From the IMG/VR virus record IMGVR_UViG_3300048904_000120: a stretch of 38,858 nt of DNA. One strand, 5' to 3'. This document shows positions 14,032 to 22,783 of the stretch, one piece after another. Each line of letters opens with the position of its first letter. Positions within the stretch are counted from its first letter, which is position 1. This stretch comes from a virus. The notes under the pieces were generated by a model. It was not told the origin of the DNA, ran no database searches, and worked only from the letters and a program-made list of their open reading frames with translations. The position numbers and the translations under genes were made by a program.

Positions 14032-14055
14032 GCTCGCCTAACCGCGGGCTTTTTT
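14032..14055 (+). terminator. Intrinsic terminator
   Basis: GCTCGC-CTAACC-GCGGGC followed by TTTTTT. Confidence 0.55.
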
Positions 14056-14106
14056 ATTTCCCGTACCGGTGCGGCATCACCGGGCTAAATCCTCTTGGAC
14101 TCGTCC

Positions 14107-14832
14107 ATGCAAATCGAAGAAAACGCATTGCCGCAAGAAAACGTCACGCCTACGGAGTTGGAACAGGCGCAACAGCCCGCTGAAGTCGTCTCTGAACCGG
14201 GCGCAGAGCAAACCGCATCGGAAGTCGATCAGCAGTCGCAAGAGCAGCAAAAGCCCAAAAACGATTGGGTTCAACGACGCATCGACCAACTGACGCGCGA
14301 GAAACACGAAGAGAAACGCCAGCGAGAAGCACTCGAAGCGCGATTGCGCGAGCTTCAGCCGCAGCAGGAGACGACTGGGCAGCCGATGACGGCCGAACAG
14401 ATCCGATCCGAAGCCAAGCGACTGATCGAGCAAGAGCGATTCGACGAGGCTTGCAACAAGGTATTCGACGCGGGCAAAGGTGACTTTGGAGCGGAGTGGG
14501 ATTCGTCCCTGCGCACGTTCCAAATGCTCGGCGGCGCATCGCCCGACTTTCTGCAAGCCATCACGTCGATGGATCACGGTCACAAGGTGCTTCATGCACT
14601 CGGCCAAGACCCGGAGACAGCTGAACGCGTGCTTTCCCTTCCCCCGTTGCGAATGGCTCTCGAACTGGCTCGCCTAGAAGCGAAGGTCAGCGCGAGTGCA
14701 CCTACCCCGAAACCTGTTTCCAAAGCGCCCGCACCGATTACTCCCGTCGGCGGGAAGTCTGCGCCTGTCGAGCCGGCTGAGTTCGCCTCGACCGCGGAAT
14801 ACATCGCTTGGAAGAAACGAAACAAAGGCTGA
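14107..14832 (+). CDS. Scaffolding protein
   Basis: Acidic, Q/E-rich helical protein directly upstream of the coat gene. The start could be TTG 14095 or ATG 14107. Confidence 0.7.
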   Translation: MQIEENALPQENVTPTELEQAQQPAEVVSEPGAEQTASEVDQQSQEQQKPKNDWVQRRIDQLTREKHEEKRQREALEARLRELQPQQETTGQPMTAEQIRSEAKRLIEQERFDEACNKVFDAGKGDFGAEWDSSLRTFQMLGGASPDFLQAITSMDHGHKVLHALGQDPETAERVLSLPPLRMALELARLEAKVSASAPTPKPVSKAPAPITPVGGKSAPVEPAEFASTAEYIAWKKRNKG

Positions 14833-14840
14833 TTACTTAG

Positions 14841-16049
14841 ATGGCAAATACGCTTCTTACCCCGACCAAGATCCTCGACGAATCGCTGATGATCTTGGAG
14901 AACAACCTCACGTTCTCGTCGCGCATCAACCGCGAATACAGCAAGGAATTCGCCGTCAGCGGCGCGAAGATCGGTTCGACCGTCAACGCACGCAAGCCGA
15001 ACCGCTTCGTCGGCACGACCGGCCCGAACCTGAACATCGAAAACGTCAACGAAACGTCGGTGCCGATCTCGCTCACGACGCAGTTCCACGTTGACTTCAC
15101 GTTCAGTTCGCAAGAACTGACGTTGATCGTCGACGAGTTCGCGGATCGCTACCTGAAGCCGGCAATGGCGACCATCGCCAATAAGATCGACTTCGACGGC
15201 TTGGCGCTTGCCGGCAACGTGGCAAACAGCATCGGCACGGTTGGCACGACCCCGAACGACATTTCGGTTCTTCTGAACGCGGGCGTCAAGCTCGACAACG
15301 AAGCAGCACCGCGCGATGGTCAGCGCACTGTCGTGTGGGATCCGGCAACCAACGGCTCGATGGTTAAGGCTGCCGCTGGCCTGTTCAACCCGTCGAACAA
15401 GATCGGCGCGCAGTACGAATCGGGCATCTTCTCGCCGTCCGGCCTCGGCTTCGATATCGGCATGGATCAGAACGTGAACGTCTTCACGACTGGTTCGCGC
15501 GGCAACGGCACGGTTTCCGGCGCTGGCCAAACCGGCTCGACGCTGACCGTTACCGGCCTCGGCGCTGGCGCAACGGTGGCGAAGGGTGACGTGTTCACCA
15601 TTGCCGGCGTATATGGCGTCAACCCGCAGAACCGACAGACGACCGGCGTGCTTCGCCAGTTCGTCGTGACCGCTCCGGCCACGGCAGACGGTTCGGGCAA
15701 CGCAACGCTGTCGATTTTCCCGGCGATCAACACCGCAGCAAGCAACCAGCAGTACCAGACGGTTTCGGCTGGCCCTGCGAACGCTGCCGCTGTGACGTGG
15801 GATGTTGCAGCGTCGACGCAATACAGCGCGAACCTTGGCTATCACAAGGATGCATTCACGCTCGTTACCGCCGACCTGGAAGACGTGTCGCAGTACGGCG
15901 CATGGGGCGCCCGCCGCATGCACAAGGGCATTTCGATGCGTATCTCGCGCCAGTACGCGATCGGCACTGACACGGTTCCTTGCCGAATCGACGTCTTGTA
16001 CGGCTACGCCGCGATCTACCCGGAACTCGCGACGAAGATCATCCGGTAA
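14841..16049 (+). CDS. Major capsid protein (P22 gp5-type coat)
   Basis: 402 aa. Its position, plus blocks resembling the P22 coat (KGDVFTIAGVYGVNP..., C-terminal CRIDVLYGYAAIYPE). Confidence 0.85.
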   Translation: MANTLLTPTKILDESLMILENNLTFSSRINREYSKEFAVSGAKIGSTVNARKPNRFVGTTGPNLNIENVNETSVPISLTTQFHVDFTFSSQELTLIVDEFADRYLKPAMATIANKIDFDGLALAGNVANSIGTVGTTPNDISVLLNAGVKLDNEAAPRDGQRTVVWDPATNGSMVKAAAGLFNPSNKIGAQYESGIFSPSGLGFDIGMDQNVNVFTTGSRGNGTVSGAGQTGSTLTVTGLGAGATVAKGDVFTIAGVYGVNPQNRQTTGVLRQFVVTAPATADGSGNATLSIFPAINTAASNQQYQTVSAGPANAAAVTWDVAASTQYSANLGYHKDAFTLVTADLEDVSQYGAWGARRMHKGISMRISRQYAIGTDTVPCRIDVLYGYAAIYPELATKIIR

Positions 16050-16071
16050 TGCCGCTGATCCAGCAATCGAA

Positions 16072-16093
16072 CCCCTCTTCGGAGGGGTTTTTT
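16072..16093 (+). terminator. Intrinsic terminator after the coat gene
   Basis: CCCCTC-TTCG-GAGGGG followed by TTTTTT. Confidence 0.8.
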
Positions 16094-16108
16094 CATTCTG
16101 ACGAGCCG

Positions 16109-16438
16109 ATGCCATACGAAAAATTCCCCGCATGGGCGACTGGTCCCGATGGTGCGCAACGCATCGTCAACAGCCAGGACGAGCTAGACGCGCTCTCTGG
16201 CTTCACGGTGCCTGATTACGTGCCGCCCGTGCCGCGCGAGCAAAAGCCCGATTTCGTCGCCTATCCCAAGTGGATCGGAGATCAGCTTGTGCAGAACGCG
16301 GAAGAAGAATCTGCGCTGCTCGGCTCTGACGACGTGGACACGCGCGAAGCCCTGTTGCAGATCGCAGCAGAGAAGGGCGTGAAGATCGACAAACGCTGGT
16401 CCGATGACAAGATTCGGGCCGCTCTTGAGGCTGTTTGA
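16109..16438 (+). CDS. Hypothetical 109-aa protein
   Basis: Track ORF 15980-16438 trimmed to the first ATG after the terminator. Confidence 0.55.
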   Translation: MPYEKFPAWATGPDGAQRIVNSQDELDALSGFTVPDYVPPVPREQKPDFVAYPKWIGDQLVQNAEEESALLGSDDVDTREALLQIAAEKGVKIDKRWSDDKIRAALEAV

Positions 16439-17151
16439 TGACCACTGCGACCGACCTCATCACGCTCGCGCTGAAGGACATAGGCGCACTCGGTATCGGG
16501 CAGGCGGCAAGCGCAGAAGATACCGCCGATGCACTTGCTACGCTGAACATGATGCTTGGTCAGTGGCAAGGCGAGCGCCTCTCTGTCTATCACCTGGTCG
16601 ACACCGCGATTCCGTCGACCGGGAAACAGACGTACACGGTCGGGACTGGCGGCGATTTCAACGTTCAGCGGCCGATCAAGATCAACGCAGCATATGCGCG
16701 GCTCAATGCGGGCAGCTCGACGCCGATCGATTATCCGGTTCGGATTATCGAGTCGATGGAGGACTATTCGCGCCTGGCATTGAAGGGGCTGCAATCGTTC
16801 CCTGCGTGGGCCTATTACGACCCGGCTTTCCCGCTTGGAAACCTGACGTATTACCCGATCCCGGACAGCACGTTTCAGCTTCACATCGTCACGATGGAGG
16901 CGCTTCCGCAGTTCACGGCGACAGGGCAAGTCATCAACCTGCCGCCTGAGTACATGGCTGCGATTCGCTACAACCTTGGCCTGTATCTCGCGCCGTCGTA
17001 TCAGATCGAGCCGCAGCGTTCGCTTATTGGTCTCGCGCTGAATGCCAAGCGTGTTGTGAAGCGAATGAACAGCCAGATCCCGTCCATGACGATGCCTCGC
17101 GGCCTCGGCTCGAAGCAGCGTTACAACATCTACAGCGGCTCTAATTACTGA
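16438..17151 (+). CDS. Head-to-tail adaptor (P22 gp4-like N-terminus)
   Basis: DLITLALKDIGALGIGQAASAEDTADALATLNMMLGQW resembles the gp4 N-terminal motif. TGATG coupling. Confidence 0.65.
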   Translation: MTTATDLITLALKDIGALGIGQAASAEDTADALATLNMMLGQWQGERLSVYHLVDTAIPSTGKQTYTVGTGGDFNVQRPIKINAAYARLNAGSSTPIDYPVRIIESMEDYSRLALKGLQSFPAWAYYDPAFPLGNLTYYPIPDSTFQLHIVTMEALPQFTATGQVINLPPEYMAAIRYNLGLYLAPSYQIEPQRSLIGLALNAKRVVKRMNSQIPSMTMPRGLGSKQRYNIYSGSNY

Positions 17152-18575
17152 TGCGGATTCCTCTGACTGGCGGTGCGTACACCGCGAAAAGCGTCATCGC
17201 TAACGCACAGCGGTCGGTAAATTTATTTGCTGAGCAGAACCCGCAAGACTCGGCCGCGCAGTTCACGTATTACCCGACGCCGGGCCTCACGCTTGTTTCG
17301 ACGCCGCCCATTGCCGCGGAAAGTCGTTGCATCTACACGGCATCGAATGGCAAGCGTTACGAAGTGGTCGGCATGAATGTCTACTACGTGGATTCGTCGA
17401 ACGTCTATAAGCAGATCGGCGCGCTTTCCACGCTTTCGGGCGTTGTGTCGATGGTCGACAACGGGACGAACGCGTTCATTGTCGACGGCTCCAAGAACGG
17501 ATTCACGGTCGATATCACAACCAATGTGATGATCCCATGCGCTGACCCGGCTTTCTATGGGGCTGATCGCGTGGATTATGTCGACGGCTATTTCGTGTTC
17601 AATCAGCCTGGCACGCAGCACTTCTACATCTCGAAATACAACGACATTACGTTCGATTCGCTAGATATCGCGTCGAAGTCGACGTATTCGGACAATCTCG
17701 TCACGCTTGCGGTGATGCACCGTGAAATCTGGTTGTTCGGCGAGCAGACAACCGAAGTTTGGTACAACACCGGCGCATCAGATTTCACGTTCGGCCGCAT
17801 GCCGGGTGTGTACGTCGAGCATGGATGCGCTGCGAAGCACTCGGTCGCAAAGATCGATCTCGCGCTGTTTTGGGTCGGCAAGGATCTGCAGGGGCAGGGC
17901 GTTGTTTTTGCCGGCCGCAACTACGCGGCTGAGCGGATCTCAACGCACGCGATGGAGCAGGAGTTTCTAACGTACAGCCGGATAGACGACGCGATCGGCT
18001 TTTCGTACCTGCAAGGCGGCCACGCGTTCTACGTGTTGACGTTCCCGACCGCCAATAAGACATGGTGCTTCGACACGGCAACGGGCCAATGGGCTGAGCG
18101 TGGATATCTGGAGGCAGACGGCACATTCAGCCGGCACCGCGCGAACTGCTATTCGTTCAATGGCGGCCAAAACCTCGTTGGCGACTGGGAAACCGGCAAG
18201 GTGTACGCGCTCGACCCGAACGCATACACCGACAACGGTAACCCGCTTCTCTGCGTTCGGGGCTTCCCGCACATCAGCGGAGCCGATGGAAACCGCGTCC
18301 TGTTCCGGCAATTCATCGCGGATATGGAAGTCGGTAACGGCCTGCCCGGCGACTCCGCAGAGCCTGAGATTCGCCTGCGCTGGTCCGATGACCGCGGGCG
18401 CAGTTGGGGAAACGCGGTAACAAACTCGCTTGGCAAGGCTGGCGAATACCTCACGTCGATTCAATGGCAGCGCCTCGGCTATGCGCGCGAACGCGTGTTC
18501 GAACTGTCATGGTCCGCTCCGGTCAAGACTGCGCTTAACGGCGCATGGGTCGATGTGTCGAGGGCCAGGACATGA
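17151..18575 (+). CDS. Tail hub / packaged-DNA stabilisation protein (P22 gp10-like)
   Basis: 474 aa (P22 gp10 is about 472 aa). Gene order matches, and FGEQTTEVWYNTGA resembles a gp10 block. Confidence 0.7.
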   Translation: MRIPLTGGAYTAKSVIANAQRSVNLFAEQNPQDSAAQFTYYPTPGLTLVSTPPIAAESRCIYTASNGKRYEVVGMNVYYVDSSNVYKQIGALSTLSGVVSMVDNGTNAFIVDGSKNGFTVDITTNVMIPCADPAFYGADRVDYVDGYFVFNQPGTQHFYISKYNDITFDSLDIASKSTYSDNLVTLAVMHREIWLFGEQTTEVWYNTGASDFTFGRMPGVYVEHGCAAKHSVAKIDLALFWVGKDLQGQGVVFAGRNYAAERISTHAMEQEFLTYSRIDDAIGFSYLQGGHAFYVLTFPTANKTWCFDTATGQWAERGYLEADGTFSRHRANCYSFNGGQNLVGDWETGKVYALDPNAYTDNGNPLLCVRGFPHISGADGNRVLFRQFIADMEVGNGLPGDSAEPEIRLRWSDDRGRSWGNAVTNSLGKAGEYLTSIQWQRLGYARERVFELSWSAPVKTALNGAWVDVSRART

Positions 18576-19174
18576 GCACGCCGACAAACTTTCCAGACGT
18601 CGGCGTGCCGCTGGTCGACCCGAAGACGGGCCGGCTTTCGATGGTCTGGTTCCAGCTTCTGATCGCGCTTTTCAATCGAACTGGCGGCACATCGGGAGAT
18701 AGCGGATCGACTCAGGAACTGTCGGAAGTGGCTCAACAGATCGCCTCGCTGGTGCCGGTCGATTACGGGGCCGCGCTGCGTATTGCTGACGTCGAGGCGG
18801 CGCTTTCTGTGCTTGCTGGCGCGGTGACGCAGAGCGAGCCTGATTCGTTCGTCCCGACGCACGGCATACAGGACGCGCCGGATCTTCATGCAGTCGCTAC
18901 GCAAACGGCGAACGGCTTCATGTCGGGTGCGGACAAGGCGAAGCTCGACGCGATGACGGCGACGGTTGAAGATCGATTCGTCTCGGGAACTGGTTTCACG
19001 CCTGGGACAACGACGAGCCTGACGCTATCGAAGGCATACGCGAACGCCGCGGCCGTCACGGTGCATTTCGACGGCGTATTCCAGGGCAGCGACCAATACA
19101 CGATCGCCGGAACGACGATCACGTTCACATCTGCGATCCCTGTCGGCACGCAGACAGTCTATGCACGAGGGTAA
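18572..19174 (+). CDS. Tail fibre / needle-like structural protein
   Basis: ATGA coupling. Fibre-type motif GFMSGADKAKLD. The C-terminal ~70 aa are homologous to residues ~97-165 of tailspike 1. Confidence 0.6.
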   Translation: MSTPTNFPDVGVPLVDPKTGRLSMVWFQLLIALFNRTGGTSGDSGSTQELSEVAQQIASLVPVDYGAALRIADVEAALSVLAGAVTQSEPDSFVPTHGIQDAPDLHAVATQTANGFMSGADKAKLDAMTATVEDRFVSGTGFTPGTTTSLTLSKAYANAAAVTVHFDGVFQGSDQYTIAGTTITFTSAIPVGTQTVYARG

Positions 19175-19177
19175 GGC

Positions 19178-19516
19178 ATGACAACAACATATAAAGAAAT
19201 GGTGAAGGGCGCGACGCTGACCGGTGCCGCGTCTAGCCTGTACACCGCAGCAACCGCTACGTCGGCATCTATTCAGGCGGCAAGCGCGAACAACCCGACT
19301 GGCGGCGTCGTGACGCTCAACGTCTACAAGGTTCCGGCTGGCCGCTCCGCTGACGGGACGACGCGCATCGCGTCAAAGAACATAGGCGCCGGCGCGACCG
19401 CGCAGTTCCCTGAGCTGGTCAATCACAAACTCGAACCCGGCACGCAGCTTTACGCGGACGGTAACGGCTGCTCGATCAGCATAAGCGGGATCGAATACGT
19501 AAAGGATAGCGCTTGA
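19178..19516 (+). CDS. Hypothetical virion-module protein (112 aa)
   Basis: Track ORF within the late operon. Confidence 0.55.
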   Translation: MTTTYKEMVKGATLTGAASSLYTAATATSASIQAASANNPTGGVVTLNVYKVPAGRSADGTTRIASKNIGAGATAQFPELVNHKLEPGTQLYADGNGCSISISGIEYVKDSA

Positions 19517-20088
19517 GAAACTTCCTGAAGATCGCTGAAGGGCTGAATGTCCAACCCCTGTTGAACGCTGTCTATCGAAAGCCGGATCTGTGGAAGGCCG
19601 ACGACTTCCTGCGCAAGTTTCCGCAAGGGCCGTTCGGAGAAACCGACACGATATATCTGCGCTTTCAAGACAAGGTGAACGTCGAGAACGACGAGCAGCT
19701 TGATCTCTACAAGCAGAACAAACTCGCCGGCCATGATCTGCACGAATGTCCCTGGCGCGACGAGATCAACGAACTGCCTGAAGCGCGCGCACACATCATG
19801 GCGCTTATGTCCTCGATGGGCGCGACGCGGCTCGGGCGCTGCATGTTGAATCGCATCGTCCCGGGCGGCCGGATCTTCCCGCACGCTGATTCGCCTTGGC
19901 ATGCGGAATATTGGGATCGCTATCACATCGTCATCCAATCGGAACCCGGCAACGTGTTCCGCTGCGGTGACGAGCAAGTATGGATGCGTCCCGGTGAAGT
20001 CTGGTGGTTCCAAAACGCGATCGAGCATGAAGTTATCAACAACTCGGCAGAGGATCGCATTCACCTTGTCGTAGATCTGAGGTTCTGA
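19513..20088 (+). CDS. Aspartyl/asparaginyl beta-hydroxylase-family cupin (2OG/Fe(II) oxygenase-like)
   Basis: PHAD...RYHIVI...W.RPGEVWWF.NAIEHEVINNS..DRIHLVVD (HxD...H triad pattern). The TTG start after AAGGA overlaps the upstream stop. Confidence 0.65.
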   Translation: MRNFLKIAEGLNVQPLLNAVYRKPDLWKADDFLRKFPQGPFGETDTIYLRFQDKVNVENDEQLDLYKQNKLAGHDLHECPWRDEINELPEARAHIMALMSSMGATRLGRCMLNRIVPGGRIFPHADSPWHAEYWDRYHIVIQSEPGNVFRCGDEQVWMRPGEVWWFQNAIEHEVINNSAEDRIHLVVDLRF

Positions 20089-20547
20089 ATGATCACATTC
20101 GCAGTCGAGAAGTTCTCGGACGTGTACGGCGAACTGCTTCCGCTTCTGCATGAGCACTACGGCGAAATCTCGCTGCACAAGGAGCACGGCGTTCCGCTCG
20201 ATCCGAAAGTCGATGTATATCGCGCGCGCGAGGCGGATGGTTCGCTGATGATGGTAATCGGGCGCGAGGCGGGCGAGATCGTCGCCTACTTCGTGTGCTT
20301 CATCGCGACGGGTCTTCATTACCAATCGTGCCTGACCTGCTCGCCGGATATTTTCTTCGTCCGCGAAGACAAGCGAACCGGCATGGCTGGCGTTCGCCTG
20401 TTCAAGTTCGTCGAGAAAGAACTTAAGCGCCGCGGCGTGAAGCTCTGGTTTGTCGGCAGCAAGAATGCGCACGACGCGACGGCATTGTTCCGGTTCCTGA
20501 AGTTTGAGCCGGTTGAAACAACCTACTCCAAGTGGTTGGGGGATTAA
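20089..20547 (+). CDS. GNAT-family N-acetyltransferase (probable)
   Basis: 152 aa. A beta4-alphaA-like block IFFVREDKRTGMAGVRLFKFVEKELKRRGVKLWFVG. The start abuts the hydroxylase stop (TGAATG). Confidence 0.5.
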   Translation: MITFAVEKFSDVYGELLPLLHEHYGEISLHKEHGVPLDPKVDVYRAREADGSLMMVIGREAGEIVAYFVCFIATGLHYQSCLTCSPDIFFVREDKRTGMAGVRLFKFVEKELKRRGVKLWFVGSKNAHDATALFRFLKFEPVETTYSKWLGD

Positions 20548-20549
20548 CT

Positions 20550-21299
20550 ATGGTTGCAGCAGCAGTAGGGGTAGGCGCGGCTGTCGCGGGCACCGCAGGC
20601 GCCGCAATGAGTTCGAGCGCTTCCAGAAGCGCCGCGAGCAAACAGGCTGATGCCGCGAACTACGCCGCTGATCTTCAGCAGCAGCAGTGGCAACAGACGC
20701 AGCAGAACCTTCAGCCCTATATGGACTTGGGTTCTAGCTACATCAACCCGCTGAGGGATGCGCTGTCGAACCCCGCGCTTACTCAGAAGTTCAGCGCGCC
20801 AACGGCGGCAGAAGCGCAAGCAACGCCAGGCTATCAATTCACGCTCGGTCAAGGGCTGAAGGCGACGCAAAACAGCGCTGCGGCACGCGGTCTTGGCACG
20901 TCAGGTGCGGCGCTAAAGGGCGCGGCAAACTATGCGACCGGCCTCGCCGACTCGACGTACAACGACGTCTACAACCGTGCCTTGCAGACGTACAACACGA
21001 ACTACAACACGGCATCGAACAACGTCAACCGCTTGCAAAGCGTGGTCGGAAGCGGGCAGAACGCGGCCGCTGGACTCGGCAGCCTCGGCGCGCAGACGGC
21101 GAACAGCATTGGTAACACGCTCACGAGCGCAGCTAACGCAAGCGCGGCCGGCCAGATCGGCTCTGCGAACGCGCTGTCTAACGGCCTGAGCAGCATCGCC
21201 AACGGCGCCAGTACCTATGCGTTGCTGAACAATAACGCGGGCAGCACGAGCGCCGCGGGAACGACGACCGGCAACAACTCTTACGGGTTCACGATCTAA
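20550..21299 (+). CDS. Internal virion / ejection protein (low complexity, A/N/Q/S/G-rich)
   Basis: Its position matches P22 gp7/gp14. N-terminal hydrophobic segment. The ATG at 20550 follows GGGG. Confidence 0.55.
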   Translation: MVAAAVGVGAAVAGTAGAAMSSSASRSAASKQADAANYAADLQQQQWQQTQQNLQPYMDLGSSYINPLRDALSNPALTQKFSAPTAAEAQATPGYQFTLGQGLKATQNSAAARGLGTSGAALKGAANYATGLADSTYNDVYNRALQTYNTNYNTASNNVNRLQSVVGSGQNAAAGLGSLGAQTANSIGNTLTSAANASAAGQIGSANALSNGLSSIANGASTYALLNNNAGSTSAAGTTTGNNSYGFTI

Positions 21300-22783
21300 T
21301 GGCTCTTGATACTTCGATCGCCCTTAACGCGAACGCGCCGCAACCTGCTAATCCACTGCAAACGGCGCTGCAAGTCGCGCAGTTCCGCGCGTACAACGCG
21401 AACGGCCTAGCGGCTCAGCAACAGCTCGCGGCTAACCGGGCAACGTCTGCGGCGTATCAGCAGGCGACCGACGCAACGACAGGCAAAGTCGACAATAACA
21501 AACTCGTCGGCATTCTGAGCCAGAACCCTGACGCGGCATACAACCTACCGCAAGTAATTCAAGGCATCAACACGCAGAATCAGCAGCAAGCCACGCTTGA
21601 TACAACGCGGCTCGATCAAGCCCAAAAGGCGCAGGGCGCGCTTCGTTCCGGCATGGGTTCATTGCTCACGAAGGCGGATCTCTCGCCGTCCGATATCCAA
21701 GGCTTCGTCGGAACGATGGTTGATGCGGGCGCGATTCCGCGACAAGTCGCGGATGCGGAGCTGAAAAGCATGCCGCAAGATCCGGCTCAGATCCGGCCGT
21801 GGCTCGCACAGCACTTCAATGCGGCGCTCTCTGGCGAGCAGCAACTTGCCAACATGAAGCCGCAATTCGCGCAGATCAACACAGGCCCGGCGACTGTTGC
21901 GGTTAATCAGAACCCGAACGCGATTGGCGCGAACGGTCAGTCGATGGGCGTCGGCTCCGTTGGCTACACGGTCGGAAACGGCCTGTCGCCGTCCGATGCC
22001 GCGGCGCAAGTGCCGGTCATCAATCCGGATGGCACGCCAGGTACGCGCAGCAAAGCAAGCGTTCTGCAAGAGCAGGGCTACGGCGACGCGTTGCCAGCAG
22101 GCTTCAAGAGCAACGGCCGATACGGCGCCTCGAATGGTGGCGTCGTTGCAACTGGGCCGGCTGCCGGCACAGTGGAGGCGGTACAGAAGGCGAACGCCGC
22201 GGGCGGCGACATGCTCGTCGCCGATCAGCAGTCGAATGCGCAATCCGGGCAGCGCATCAACATGCTGCAGCAAGCCGGCGACGCGCTCTCGAAGGCGCAG
22301 ACCGGTACGGGCGCAGACAAGCTCAACGCCGTGCGCGGGCTGATTGCAACGCTCGGCGGTCCTGCCGACAAGGTTGCGAGCTACGACGAAGCGAACAAGT
22401 ACCTCACGCAGTACGCGCAGCAAAAGGCGGCTTCTTTCGGTCACGGCACGGATGCGCAGCTCTCCGCTGCAATGTCCGGCAATGGCAACACGAAGATCAG
22501 CAACCTCGCCGCGCAAGACGTCGTGAAGGTCAATCTCGCGCTCGAACGCATGGATCAGGCGCGCATGCAGGCATGGCAGAACGCCGGCTTGCAGCCTTCG
22601 CAATACGCTCAGTGGAAGTCGCAGTTTGGTTCGACGATGGACCCGCGCGTATTCATCGCCGATCAGATGGACCCGGCCAAGATTCAAGGCATGGTCAAGA
22701 AGATGAATCCGAAAGAGCAGGCGACATTCCGCACGCAATATAACTGGGCGGTCCAAAACGGCTATATCAACGGTCCCCAATAA
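21299..22783 (+). CDS. Internal virion / ejection protein
   Basis: 494 aa, Q/A-rich, in a position equivalent to P22 gp20. TAATG coupling. Confidence 0.55.
   Translation: MALDTSIALNANAPQPANPLQTALQVAQFRAYNANGLAAQQQLAANRATSAAYQQATDATTGKVDNNKLVGILSQNPDAAYNLPQVIQGINTQNQQQATLDTTRLDQAQKAQGALRSGMGSLLTKADLSPSDIQGFVGTMVDAGAIPRQVADAELKSMPQDPAQIRPWLAQHFNAALSGEQQLANMKPQFAQINTGPATVAVNQNPNAIGANGQSMGVGSVGYTVGNGLSPSDAAAQVPVINPDGTPGTRSKASVLQEQGYGDALPAGFKSNGRYGASNGGVVATGPAAGTVEAVQKANAAGGDMLVADQQSNAQSGQRINMLQQAGDALSKAQTGTGADKLNAVRGLIATLGGPADKVASYDEANKYLTQYAQQKAASFGHGTDAQLSAAMSGNGNTKISNLAAQDVVKVNLALERMDQARMQAWQNAGLQPSQYAQWKSQFGSTMDPRVFIADQMDPAKIQGMVKKMNPKEQATFRTQYNWAVQNGYINGPQ

Noticed and set aside
14592-16133. 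513-aa minus-strand ORF opposite the scaffold and coat genes
   Set aside because: It is antisense to a confidently recognised P22-type coat gene. Its R/A/G-rich composition is typical of out-of-frame reading in high-GC DNA, and it has no SD or promoter. The same reasoning applies to 21659-22936(-), 25084-26319(-), 19450-20472(-), 13074-13985(-), 26323-27018(-), 37767-38651(+), 32897-33703(+), 194-907(+) and 10513-11148(-).
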